Positions 50,701-63,640 of a DNA stretch of 64,000 bases are shown piece by piece. The stretch comes from Octopus sinensis (taxonomy: Eukaryota), in assembly GCF_006345805.1 (NCBI RefSeq), contig NC_043009.1, forward strand, positions 20,646,001-20,710,000, read 5' to 3'. The notes beneath the pieces are model-generated. The model searched no databases and was not told where the DNA came from. It saw nothing but the letters and a program-made list of their open reading frames with translations. Numbering within the stretch: the stretch's first letter is position 1; each line of letters opens with the position of its first letter. Both the position numbers and the translations under genes were made by a program.

Positions 50701-51830
50701 ACCAGACCTCTGACATTCAGCAGAAGCACTGGTGACACCCTTTATTGACACCCCGGGTGTCTACCCGGGGTGTCAATAAAGGCTGACGGTGTGGCACCTG
50801 GGCCGGCGTCAGCGGTGGCCACCCTGGGTCCCTTGATTGTGGTGGGGTCTTGAGTGCTGTTGTGAGTGCCCTGGCTCTGAAGACGATGTATCCAGGCAGT
50901 TGTCCCACAATTTTCTCTGCCATTTCCACAAAATTTCTTTGTTCTGCTGCCGCTGTCTGCATTTCCTCTGCAAATGTGCGCCTTCTCCTTGTTGGGCATA
51001 CGCGCTATGTCTGCATATTCTGGGGCAGCTTGTATTTGTTATGGTTTTGGTTAAGGCATTTTGGTCGAGTGGGTTTGATGCAATTTCCATAGGGCCTGGG
51101 ATGAGCGAACTGCATCCTTCCCCTGTTTCTCCATGCCAGCAGGTTCCATTCCGGAAGAATTGCATGTTATCTGGGTTTTCTGTCCCCAGTTCCTCTCGTT
51201 TTTCTTCCTCCGTTGGACGGTGTCCACTGGTTCCTTTCTGCATAGGTCTTTTCATCCGGGTGGTTATTTATTTTGTTCCCCATCGCCGCCTATCTGCTGT
51301 TTGCCTGCTTGCCTTCTTCGACTGTGGCAGTGGGCGTGTCATTTTTGACACTCTGTGGTTGGTGTTTCTGTTTCCATCTCTCTTCTTTGTCTTTGTTCAC
51401 CTTGAGAACTTGGCTTAGCAAAGCCATGTGTGGTGCAATGAGAGTGTAGGCCCTTTCGACTTCTCTTTTCTCCTCCTACTTGCGCCAACGTCCTCATAAA
51501 GCATGGCTTTTCAGGGTCGCCGCTATGTTTTAGTTGGTTGCGATCTGTCGGCCGAGCTCCATCCTCTGATGAAACTTCCAGCTCTACTTTCGTCCAGTTA
51601 CGCTGGCTTTAGTTGACGCCAGTGTTTGCATTCACTCTAATTTTTGCATGTTGTCCATTCCGTTGTAGCGGGGAGAGAGAGAGAGAAGCTGTGAGGGAAA
51701 AGGGAGAAGGGAGGAGAGAGGAAGAGATTGTGATTGTGAGGAAGGGAGAAGGAATTATATTTATTATATTAATTTATATAATCTAATAGTGCAATGGGGG
51801 TAGGGAGAAAGTAGACAGAGGGAGCGTCTA
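47709..51830 (-). mobile_element. Near full-length degenerate CR1-clade LINE (ORF1 with CCCH-type fingers, APE endonuclease, RT)
   Basis: ORF1 remnant CNSFRNGTCWHGETGEGC; APE VLLLNVRGL...IALTETHL...YTVFRSDR; RT AAGPDGFPAVLLK..NYRPVSLTSH, YADD; (GTAAAAGA)n tail at 47709-47733. Frameshifts and deletions. Confidence 0.92.
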
Positions 51831-51964
51831 TGTACTTATATATATTATATATATATATATTAATATATATAATATATTTTAAATATATATATTATATATA
51901 TATATTATATATATATATTATATATATATATATATACATTATATTATATGTATATATTATATAT

Positions 51965-52064
51965 NNNNNNNNNNNNNNNNNNNNNNNNNNNNNNNNNNNN
52001 NNNNNNNNNNNNNNNNNNNNNNNNNNNNNNNNNNNNNNNNNNNNNNNNNNNNNNNNNNNNNNNN
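51965..52064. other. Assembly gap (100 N)
   Basis: A run of 100 n preceded by a TA-rich array. Continuity across it is unproven. Confidence 0.99.
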
Positions 52065-52186
52065 TGTTTCTCGACATTGCTACCATGAACCCCTTGTTAT
52101 TAAGTATCTTTCTAACTGTGTTATTTTCATTAAATTTCTGGTATTGTATGTATCTTATGCTGTCTTTCTCTCTCTTTTTTTCTTAG

Positions 52187-55100
52187 AATCAAACATAAAC
52201 ACAACTGGCAATAATAGCAGTTTAGATTGTAATGCAACAGAATTTGTCCCCGAATGTGCAGTCGATGTAAGTTGTAATTTCATGAGCTTTTTGTTTTTTG
52301 TTTTAATTATCATATTAAACTATTTTATATTTTCCAAACCTATTTATTTTCATGATTTTTTAAAGAGTAATTAATAGTTAAATATTATACATTGGTACTC
52401 AACAAGTGTTTTGAAGGGATTTTATCTAGCCCCAGGTCAGCTCTGACTCAGTAAATTATTATCAAAGACATTCCAGGCATGACTAACCCGTTTATTCCCT
52501 CAGACATTTAGGACTACTTGATATGGTACGTACCCTCTTGTTTAAGGCAGCAGAGTATAATTTGAGTGTGATTTGTTTGCAGTTTCTAACCAGTCAATCA
52601 AGCACATAGAGGCTCCTTCCTGCTACAAGTGTCTGCCAGAAGTTGAGATATTTCTGGAATCTAGTAACCAATTAATTTGTCAATTGAGAAGCTGTATCAT
52701 CATCATCGTTTAACATCTGCTTTCCATGCTAGCATCGGTTGAATGGTTTGGCTGAAAACTGGTAAGCCAGATGGCTGCACTAGGCTCCAATCTGATTTGG
52801 CAAGATTTCTATGGCTGGATGCCCTTATTAACGCCAACCATTCCAAGAGTGTAGTGGGTGCTTTTTACATGCCACCAGTATGGGTGCCATTGATCTGACA
52901 CCGGCATCAGCCACAACTATTGTCTCACTTGGCTCGACAGGTCAACACAAGCACAGTTGACCTGGGACTATATTAGAAGACACTCAAAATGCTACACAGT
53001 GGGACTGTAGTGGCTTCACAAGCAAGTGTAATTCCTCACCACACTGCTATGTCTCTTTTACATCTTGTGGTGCAAAATGATCAGTGCACAACAGTGTGTG
53101 TGTGCAACATGAGTAATGAGTGAGCACATTGTTGCATATACATACAAGGTGCACAATCCAGGCTGGATCTTCCCTAGGACAACTGAAATCTCACCCTTTA
53201 ATACATCAAAAATGAAAAGCGACATTAAAGTTTCTTATAATCAGAAATAATTTATTGGTCATGAACTATTTAATGCCCAGTTTCAGATACTGGGGGCAAT
53301 GGACATAAAAACAATTGTAGACTTATTTCAGTACATTCACTGATTCCAACATGTCAGTTTCTCTAAATACAGCAGATTGTCAGTAAATCTTTTCATGTGC
53401 AGTTAATGAATAATGTATTATGGCTAAATGAAAATATATATTCAGACTACATCATCTATACATTAATATAATGTGAATTCTTTTTCTGTTCTTGAATAAC
53501 ATTAGCTAATTAATCTGTTGGGCTGTGTTGCTTAAGGTTCTGCTGTAAAATATAAGCAGTACATGTATTATTTAATGTTCAGCTGATGAAAACTCCAGTT
53601 ACTAGATGGTGCACACCAAGTATGCAGTGATACAATGGTTGATGATTCCTGACAGATGATTTCGTCTGTATCACAAAGGGACACTTTTTATATCTTTCTA
53701 GTTCATTTTAAAACTGCAAGATAGTCATACTGAATGTATTGCAGAGGCAGAGGAGGCTGGAACAAATGGTGCACTGGATGATTAAAGTATTGTAGAGAGT
53801 GATGGGTGTTGTGAAGAGAAATGGTGTGTGCGAAAGAAGGATAAAAAATGATTGAATGAAAAGTGTGATGGAGGAGGGATAATGAGTGGGACTGTAAGGC
53901 TAACTCTTACTTTGCTGTGGATTTCTCTTAAAAAAGACCCTTATTGTTATGTGTGTTGACACTTTTTGTCATAAAGAAGTATAAGTATGTAAAAGTTTAA
54001 ATGTATTTCTAAATAAAGAATTTTCCTCCATTTCAGGAAACTGTAAACAATATATTGAATTGTAACAGTGTTCTCTCTCCAAATGCCTCAGAGTTTTATC
54101 CAAGAAAAACCTTAACGTATGATGTGAGTACTTGTGATTCTGACCAGAAGAATTACCATTATTTAAATTTATATAAGACAAATGTCTTTGGATATTTTTA
54201 CATCTGAGTCTGTTTTTATATTCAGAATATTTTTATGATATGTTTTATAAGGACATTGCTTTGTTCCTCTCTGCTGAAACCTAATTTCCATCTACTTCCT
54301 TTCCCAATTGTTTAATCTATCTTAGTCTTATCTAAGCAGAATAAATCACAGTTTAATTAATTTCTGCCAAATGGCTTCTAATCTCATTAAAGTATGACTT
54401 TATGGTTGAACACTATTTTATGAAGCAAATAAAAGTTCATTCCAGATTAATGTTGGGGAATTATAATTTTAGTAAAACGGAAGAGAAAGTAATTTTAATG
54501 AAGCAGAACATGAAGTCATTTTCAACAGTTCCTCAGACCTCTGAAAATGTTTACTTCCTTCTCTAAAAGTTTTGAAACATTGAACGCTTTAAAATCTACT
54601 CTCTCTAGACACATAGTCAATCATTCAAATCAATCAATGTATTGTTTTTTGCTTAGGCATAGCAATACTAATAACCTGGTGTTAGAACTCAATATACATA
54701 TGTGTGTGTGTAATTGTTTGCTGTTGCTGTCTCTATAAAATGAAATAAACATTCCGAATAACACAACTGTCAGTGGAAATAGTAAATCATTTTCAATTCT
54801 TTTTATGTTGTGTACTGTTCATAAATGACTGGACACGGACTCACACACACATATGTATGGTTTATCTTTCTCAGAAATTGTGATCACATTTTCTGAATAT
54901 ATATTTTAAATTTCTATAAACTATCACGTTTCATGACTAATTAACACATTTCAACATCCATTTCAACAGGCAATATTTCACTACAGTATATACGATCGTT
55001 TGCCAGCATGTACTGCCCATTTCAGTCTATCGGAAAGAGAAAAAAATTGTCCACATTGTTTACTCGAAGTAGCTCTCTATTATCTAACAACACATCCAGG

Positions 55101-57500
55101 AAACATTGATGACTACATGAGGCCAGTAACTGAGGCATTATACACAACACAGATCACAGAGAACAGCTTGGCTGAAATGGCAGAAACAATTTTTGAGAAG
55201 GTAAGTGTTGCTTTGTTTAATGGGAGCTGGCCACATATTGTAAACATGAAAGGAATAAGCAAGACTATTGTGTAGAAGACAGCAGGTCTATGAGATCTTG
55301 GGAAGTCTATGACAGGGTGGGCACATTCAACAATCCATATAATTAGCAATGAAGGTGAGGTGTGTAGATTCTCTGGAAGTTTTAAATAAATTGTCCAGAA
55401 TTGATTTTAATGAATTATTGAGGTTCTGGAATCAATGATAATTGGATATATTCAGAAAATTGTTGCCTATAATGGTAACCAAAATGTAGTTTCTCTTTCA
55501 AATGCATAACTCTGTAATAGGAATTAGGGTGTAACAGGTATCAGAGAACCAAGCAAAATAAGAAAGACAAAGATATTTTCAGATAAATGGCCTGTGGTCA
55601 ATTAGATACAGTTACTGGCCCATCAACAACACTCTCCCCACCCCTAATAATGGTCCTGATGCAACTATAAAAATGACCAGGTGAGCTCAATGAATGTTGC
55701 CCATCATGTCCACAATGGCAACATTAGTGAGTCCCTTGCACTGCTGGTCAGTCTCCCTCAAAAATATCCAAGAGAAATCAAAAGAGCCAAGTCACATGAT
55801 CATACGATTCTCCTAACTGTTCCTATAGTGAAGTCTTCCTCTTTGAGCTGCTTCTTGGGCTGTCATCAATGATGTCCTTGACCAGCTGGACTAACTTGAC
55901 CGTCTCAACAATCTCTGACTGTTTCTTGACCATGGACAATACATCTTTAACTGAAGTTGCCAGCTTGCTCCTACTCTTGAAGAGAAAGGACTTGGCTATG
56001 ATCACTGTGTTGATAGCAAGGGTCATATGCATGGTGTGTCCTTTCATTGCCTGCATCAGATTGGAATCCTTCATGTTGACACTCTTGATTATATCTGCTA
56101 GAGAAATGAGAGAGTTAAAAAATGTCACATAGCATTTGGTTAGCTTCTATTTATGGCCCACTGAAGTTTGTTCAAAGTGCTTGGCACACTTTGTAATAAA
56201 GACTGTTTACCAATTTCACTGATATGAAGGAATGAGTTAAATATTTTTTCATTAGTTGTTTAATATGAATTTGAAACAAGAATACAAATAGATTGATACA
56301 AGTTTGACTCTCAAGGCCACATTGATTTATTCAGAAGAAACCACTTTCTTGGTCTGGCTATGTAATGTAAATGAATTTCAAAGCATTTGTTACTGAAGAA
56401 GAATCTTGAGATAAAACCTAGCAAGAGTCATTCAGAAGCTCTGGCTTCAAATAATTATATCAGTCATAGGAACTGATGGATCATAGTCAGTGGCAAATAT
56501 CAGTTTTGGCAGGGGAAGGTAAAAGAAAAGGGAGTGGATCGTGGAGGAGGAGGAGGTTGATAAGTGGCAGTACAAAGGGGAGGGGGGAGATTAGAACTGT
56601 GTAGAAATTAATGCAAAGTACTTTGATTTACTTTTGGGTAAATATTCTTCTGTAGTTGCCTTCCTAGACAGCATCAGCAGGACTTCTCCCTGCTACGAAA
56701 GCAAACTATGTCACTTCTAGGCTGATTCTCTTCCTAATTAATTGAGCTATAACTCTTTCTCTAACTTTCATGACCTGGTCCAACAATTTGGCACCTCTCT
56801 AATTTCTTTTCGGGGGGGGGGGGTAAATAATTTCCATGCTGGCATGGGTTGGATGGTTTGACTGGAGCTAGTAAGGCCAGGGACCACTCCAAGCTCATTG
56901 TCTGTTTTGGCCTGATTTCTGCATTTGGATGCTTTTCCTCATGCCAACCACTCCACAGAGTGTACTAGGTGCTTTTAATGTGGTACACACACATACCAAT
57001 GAACTTTGTGTGTGTGTGCACCATTTCCTGCTATCCTCTCTTTCTTTGACAGAATGCACACCAGCATGGGATACCTCATATCAGTTTTATGAACCATAGG
57101 ACATGTTGGAAGAGGCTATTGATTTTGGAGTTTTCCTTCTCCTAGATTGATTGCTTTTGCTGCAGCTAAAGGAGCTCAATCACCCCTTACAAAAGTCTAT
57201 TGAACCCATAGATGGGACTCTGACAAGTGCTACTGTTCTAATATGAATTTTACTTTTTTTTTTAAGAAAATATGTAATGTACAACAAAAAGATTAACAGA
57301 AGTACTTGTTTTTTCACTTGTGACAAAAATCATTCTGTTCAGTCCGATTGTTATTCTATTTTTCTCCTTTCTTTCTTGTTATTTATGTAGTCTGTAAAAA
57401 TGGAAAATTTTACTTACACTGGAGCAAGAATATGTAAATACATTTCATCTATATCAGATAAGTCACTTGCCAAGAGTTTTCAAGATTGTTTAATTAAGCG
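52187..57500 (+). CDS. PAIP1: PAIP1-like (PAM2 + MIF4G), partial: exons 52187-52266, 54970-55200, 57391-57500
   Basis: PAM2 SLDCNATEFVP (cf. human SKLSVNAPEFYP). YYLTTHPGNIDDYMRPVTEAL...LAEMAETIFEK/SVKMENFTYTGARICKYIS aligns with human NHLTEQPGSFETEIEQFAETL...LQELVELIYQQ/ATSIPNFSYMGARLCNYLS. All three donors are gtaagt; phases 1-0, 0-0, 0-2. Flanking exons not found in the window. Confidence 0.85.
55823..56097 (-). CDS. Candidate terminal exon of an unidentified gene nested antisense in a PAIP1 intron
   Basis: Acceptor ttttttaactctctcatttctctag, open frame of about 91 codons (DIIKSVNMKDSNLMQ...SSKRKTSL*), coding-like composition, ATTAAA on the minus strand at about 55406-55411. No homology recognised. 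Confidence 0.5.
56610..56800 (-). mobile_element. RTE RT fragment
   Basis: RGAKLLDQVMKVRERVIAQLIRKRISL..FAFVAGRS. Confidence 0.7.
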
Positions 57501-59329
57501 GTAAGTATTTTAAAAGCATTTAGTATTATATGAAGTGCGCGCACACACACACACAACAAATATTTATTATTTAATCCTTAAAATTGCCTTTATAGCATCT
57601 AGCTTCTTTCTAGTGTCAGCTGATGTTCAAGGTTTAGCTCCTGCTCAGTTATCAACTGCCTTGAGGTCCCTTACCACTTCATTTGTTAAAAAGGAAACGA
57701 TTGCTGTCATTTTTTAGTTGCATCTTGTGTATATTTGTTTGTTGTTGCATGACTGTGTCGTGAGTCTTGATATCGACATTTCTTTAGCTTGGGGTGGGTA
57801 TCTCATTCCGGAATCTACTATTCTTCAGCCAACTCCACTCTACTGATCTCCACTGCAGCCACCACATGAATCTCCAGATATACTGAAATATGTTGGAGGA
57901 CTGCAACTGGAGGAAACACGTACCAACCATTGTGCAACAAAGACACGGACAACAACAACAAGCTGTGCATAGTTTTGTACGCTGGACCTGTGTTTCCTTG
58001 CTAAGTGTCTGATAGGGTTTTATATGAGAAGAAAACAATACCCATACAGGATAGGAGTGTCTTGTGCTCTTCACCATCTTCTCCATCACCATTCACCTTT
58101 TAAATCTCACAAAGGTTTTGCGGATCTTTATCATTCCAGCCATGGTACTTGTTTGAAGTTTGTCAATTATGAAGTTGTGCTCTCTTTCCAATAACCAAAG
58201 TTCAACCATGTTTTGTTGCAGGTGGGTCGGTCTCATAGCTTGTTGCTCCAATAATTCTTAGGATGATTCAGCTAATTGTGTATTTTGGGTTCTGGAGTTG
58301 CAATGTAGATGTTCTTCTCTTCTTGCCTTGTTTCAGAAATGATATTCACCTCAAGCAAACAGCTAACTTGAAAGCCTGAGCACATTCTTATTTTGGGGTC
58401 AATATCATCACTCCCATCACTATCATCATGGTCATTGTCATCACCACTATCATCATCATCATCAAAATTTCAATAGCTGTTATATCATGCTGTCATTGTC
58501 ATGTCTTCACTCCTTTTAAATCTGCTATCATCTCATCTGTTGCAACTCATCAACCTCAGATCTATTCTCACCATTTCTTTCTATGTCTGCTTTAGTTTAC
58601 TTCTTTTGCAGTTACTTTTCTGGACCACCAACTCTCTTCTAATTCTTCATATCTCCACGCAATTATGCTCATATCTTTGCTATAAACATCAATACCTTTA
58701 ACAACCTTTACTAGTTTTAATTTCCATACAAATTAACATTTCAATAGATAATTGCCAACTCCTTTCTCTTCAGTGTTTTTTTACATTCACTGACCCATGT
58801 CTCACTAACATATAATTATGTGTAATTGTCTTCTGGAATCGGTAGTTGAGCAGCCAACTGCCTGATGTTGAAGATGTTAGCAAATATTTAGATAATTAAC
58901 CTATGTCCAACTTTCTCCACACACAATAACTTTTTATATTTTGTGAAGATCTTGTAAAATTTTACTGCCCCAGACATACAATCATCTGAAGCATATATGA
59001 TTGTGTGTAAAAGTGCATGGTTTAGTGTTTAGGGTGTTCAGCTCCTGATCCAGCCCCAGATCCAGCCCCACTCAGCTGGCAAAAAGGAGTTGTACCTGTA
59101 ATTCAAAGGGGCCAGCCTTGTCACATTCTGTGTCACACTGAATCTCCCTAAACACTCCGCAAATATGGGTACTGCGGAGTGTTCAGCAACTTGCACATTA
59201 ATTTCACAAGGAGGCTATTCCATTGATCGGATCAACTAGAACCCTTGTTCTTGTAACCAACAGTACCAGTTTAAAAAATTTTTTTTATATGTTCGTGCGT
59301 GTGTGTGTGTGTGTGTGTGTATACACACA

Positions 59330-59830
59330 TGTCGTCTTTGACTTCAGTTTTCACTTCTGTGAGGCCTAACATCTTAATTGTCAACTCGACTGCTTTTTCT
59401 TCTATCTAAATCCTTAGATAAGCTCCACCAACATCACATAGCACTTCTTTATCCAATACTCTTTCAATAACTTACATTCCATGTCCACACTAGCAGGCTT
59501 GTCTCCTCTCAGTATACAACTTCAACTGATGTGTTTAATATTCACCTTTACATGCGTCCACAGTGCAAAGTCTTTCATGTAGCTTCACTTACACATCCAT
59601 CACATCATGCTTCATGTTTCATTTCTCTTCATCTTCAAACCTCTTATATGCAATAGCTCTCATTACCATGAACTCCATGGACTACCCTACTCTCTATTTT
59701 CACTTCACACACTCTGCCAGCATAAGCAAGAACTACTCAATCCCTTCCATACTTTAGCAACTCTGCTTTCTCGACATTCATCACATCATCGAAATAACAA
59801 ACTACAGGTAGATCTAGTAAAATGTTGGAC
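59330..59830 (-). mobile_element. Decayed RTE 3' fragment
   Basis: Weak similarity to the RTE C-terminus (..LGLTE); heavily mutated. Confidence 0.4.
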
Positions 59831-61514
59831 TATTGCATGGCTGTTCCTACACTTAACCATTCTCATATATCTATCACAGTCCTGGCTCAGAAAACCCACT
59901 GGATCTTTTCTATATGCATTATAAGTAAGATAGATAAAATGTTTCAGGAAAAAAAAATTCTTTTTTTTCCAGTTAAATATAATTTTATTATATATTTTAA
60001 AATAAATACATGTTGCATAAATTTGGTTGCAATTTATATTTGCACAGTGAGTTTGACTTTGTGGTGTAAGAAGCTATTTTCAGTGAACAGTGCAATAATT
60101 CACCTGCAGCAAGCAGTTTAAGTACTTGCCCTCGTAGTTCCACAACTCTGACTCATCCACATTTACCATTATGTTCACTTCTTTCTCCAAAATGTTTTCC
60201 TGGGATTTCCTCTTGGCACATATTTTTTCCTGCAGTTGTCGATTTTCAGTTGTTGAAGAAAGCCATTAACTACATTGACCTCATGGGTTTTGGATGACCT
60301 ACAAAGGCCATAAGTATAGTCCCTGCATCTGGATTAAATTCGTAAAAACGTTACAAACTCACAAAATGGATTTCCACAACAACAACAAAAAATGATACTA
60401 ACTATTCTCCAAACAAAGAGTGTGTTGATGGTGAGATTTTGCAAAATTATGTTTTGGTGGATTGATAAAAATTATAGAAGTAAGCATGAATGATTTTGTG
60501 TGGCAAAAATTTGTAAGATTCTTGTAATTTTGGGATCTGTAAAATTTCCTGAACTTTGTTTCAATAATTAATGTTAAAAATAAAGTTTATCTTAAAACCT
60601 CCAAAAGAAATTGGATGCTTCATGAAAAGATTTTGTTAAATTTCGCAACCAAAATAGGAATGGCATACGTCTGGAGAACATTCTTTAAATCAATGTTGTC
60701 CATTAATTTCCTGTTGTTTTAGTGTTCTGTAGTGTAACTTGTTGTGAGATGCCATTCTGCCAATAGACTAGCTTTTGTAAAATTAGTCAAAAGAGTTGTC
60801 CAGGATCACAAAATAAAAAAATTTCTTTGCGGCTAGGTGGTTTCTAAACCTCATCTTTATTCCAAATTTATGGCACATCAATAAGTCAAAGATGAGTTCA
60901 TGAACGCTTAAAAGATAGAAATTTCAGATGTCCTCGTAACATGTGTGATGTAGCTTATAGGTCTAGTTATTTAACACTGGAGTTTCCAAAGTGTTAACTA
61001 CGCAGTTTGGCCATGTCTGCTATGTAAAATTTAGTAGCCATTGTTTTCTTGGAATATGTTGACTGAGAGCTTCCTCGCAGACCTTCCACTTCTGATGCCA
61101 TCAGATCTTTTCCAGAAGACTTTCTAGTCTCAAATTTCACTATTATTCTCACAGTTGATTTATGCTGCTTCAATTCTCACTTTCTAACTTTTTAACTCCA
61201 CTGCTGTTGCTTCTACTTCTACTACTTTGTAGTGCTTACTCTGTAATAAATTCTAAATTACATTGAGAAATGCCCCCAGGTCATCCGGTGTCATAGCAGA
61301 ATCATATGTATCAGAAACAGTCATTGTTGTTTATATTCTTTCTGCCTGTACTAGCTCTTGTTGGTTGGTGGTGCATGAATGCCTTTACACAGTACATACT
61401 TATGTACACACACAACCCATACTCACAAGATTGAGTCATTACCCACAATGCACTTGAAATTTTCTCCCTATTCCTAGGAAAATTAGTTGTGCTTGCATCA
61501 CTAAACAGAATCTG

Positions 61515-61812
61515 CTTCTACTCTCATCACTAGATAGGGTCTCCCACTTGTCATGTGACTAGACTTGGTCAACCTCTACTTACATCATTAGATATGCTCT
61601 CCCTCAACTCTCATCACCAGATAAGGTCTCCCCCTTGTCATGTAACAAAACTGAGACAGCCCCTACTTACATCATTAGATATTCTCTCCTACTCTCATCA
61701 CTAGACCAAGTCACCTTCTAGTCACATGACTAGATTGGGTCTTCTTTTACTCACATAGCTAGACAGGGTCTTCCAGTACTTAACATCACTGGACAGGGTC
61801 TCCCTCCACTTA
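61515..61812. repeat. Degenerate ~27-bp minisatellite with 3-monomer higher-order structure
   Basis: Monomer of roughly ctactctcatcactagacagggtctccc; the A-B-C block is repeated (ctacttacatcattagatat recurs about 83 bp apart). Confidence 0.75.
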
Positions 61813-61889
61813 TTGCAGTGCATGTTTGACTTGAAACATAAGTTAGTTGTTGTTAAGCATGGTTGTTCCAAGAAGGAGAATGATGTTTG

Positions 61890-62200
61890 GTAATTAATTT
61901 GTTTTCTTTGGAATGAAGGTGTATCAGGTTTCAAAATCTATCAAAGCTTTCGGTACTGTATGGGTCACTGTTTTGCTGCTACAGACTGTGCAACAATGCT
62001 TGTCCAGAAATTGCTGTTTGCATTGTTGGAATGCTGTAGAAAGTTCAAATATTGGAAAGCATTGACCATATAATTCTGGCCTTAAAACTTTGGATTATCA
62101 CATGTTTGCTGTTCCTTTCAAAGAAGGCTTAAGAATCCTTCACTTTTGCCATGAATGAAGGAAGCAATGTCTACCATAATTTATCTCAGCTGAAAACATT
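61890..62200 (+). mobile_element. Decayed mariner transposase C-terminal relic
   Basis: Remnants of LLLxDxA and DYHMF..(L)KE.LR with frameshifts. Confidence 0.45.
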
Positions 62201-62709
62201 TTATTTAAAAGCAAAAAGACATGGAGTAATTAAAAAGCAGAGTGGTCGTGGTTAACAATATAGCAACAACTTGACAGAGACAGGTGAGGCAACAACAAAC
62301 AGGATATATTAGCTTGACACTTGGGAAAAACAGAAGTCTTTGATGTTTTGAGCCTATGCTCTTCTACAGAAAGGAATGAGGAGAGAAAAGAGATGGTAAC
62401 GGAAGGTAAAAGAGAAAAATAATCTGTTAATCCATCCATCCATCCATCCATTTATCTATAGATAGATAGATAGAGATGGCTGGATGGATATGCCTCCATC
62501 CATCCATTCCTTTACTTATCTTCTATTCATACCACTCTCCATTAGGTGTCTCCTAGAAGTGAAATCTCAGCCAACCTGAGATGATGGAATCCAGTCTTTT
62601 ACATTAACTCAACAAACAATTTTCAACATTGCATTGAAGAGTTTAAATTTTGTGCCTTAATGGGGCTTTGGAAGAATATCTTTACAAATACCAACAGAAA
62701 GTTTTGCAT

Positions 62710-63640
62710 AAGTACAAGGTGGATTCCAGAAGTTTTGGGACTTTTTCAGGAGACTCGTTTATAATTTCATAGAAATATAAAAATCTAATCTTGTTCAAAG
62801 TAGGTGATTACAGTTTTGAAATATAAAATGTTTGATCCTCTGACTTCAGTGCACTTGTAGCACTCCAGCCGCTTTGTGATGGCCCCATGGAAAGTGAAGG
62901 TGTCCAGAAATCTTGTCACACACAGCCTCCTTCATTTTTCTTCCTCAGCTTAAATCCTTAAATCCTTAAAAATGTTTTAGCCCAAAGGCCGCGGTCATGC
63001 TGGGGCATGAACAATCAAAAGTTCCAGGGAGCAAAGTCTAGACTGCAGGGAGGGTGATGGCCGGTTTTGATGTCCATCTCTGTCACGCAGCTGACTATCA
63101 GGATGTCCTGGTGCAAATGCTGAAATCTCAGTCTCTTCTTGAAGTCCCTCAAAACCTCTACAAAGTATTCTTTGCTGACCATCTGGCCAGAGGGAATCCA
63201 GTGGATGCCCTTGCTGTTGAAATAGGGGATTGTCATTTCCTAATGGACTTACATTGCCTGGCCTTCTTGGGTCTGGGGTAGCCAGGATACTTCTATTGGG
63301 CACCAATGTGTCTTTTCTTCTATTTGCCAATGAGTATCCGAGGAACAAATTTTGCACACATTCAGACCTTCATAAATAATTCTGTGTACAGTTGCTGCCA
63401 CACCAATTCCAAACTGTGTGTATATTGTCTTTGTAGACAGACAATGATCTTCATCAACAAAATTGTGAATTTTGTCAACCAGCTCTGATGTTCTAACCTC
63501 TCTCTCTCCCCACAAACCTCTCATCATTTTCACCTCCTTTTTATTGTCCCCGAATCTCTTGTGCTGGGACCATGCAAGTTAATCCATGACCAGTCTGGAG
63601 CATTTCATAAGTTTCTTTGTCATTTTTGCCCAGTTAAACA
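62710..63640 (-). mobile_element. Mariner element relic interrupted by a very short CR1 3'-end insertion (about 62947-63008)
   Basis: VRTSELVDKIHNFVDEDH...TVHRII, FNSKG, DIKTGHHPPCSLDFAPWNF (cf. HPPYSPDLAPxDF). The insert reads tgccccagcatgaccgcgg...(ttaagga)n on the minus strand. Confidence 0.8.

Noticed and set aside
50837-51418. 193-aa + strand ORF
   Set aside because: Antisense shadow of CR1 ORF1.
57784-58380. Cys-rich minus ORF and + strand candidates for the next PAIP1 exon (57788, 58337)
   Set aside because: No similarity to the expected MIF4G continuation (RC..E...RF..FVLFLGEL); early stops; probably a decayed repeat that I could not identify.
60130-61250. Possible decayed DNA-transposon ORF on the minus strand
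   Set aside because: Only short open stretches and no diagnostic motif that I can name with confidence.
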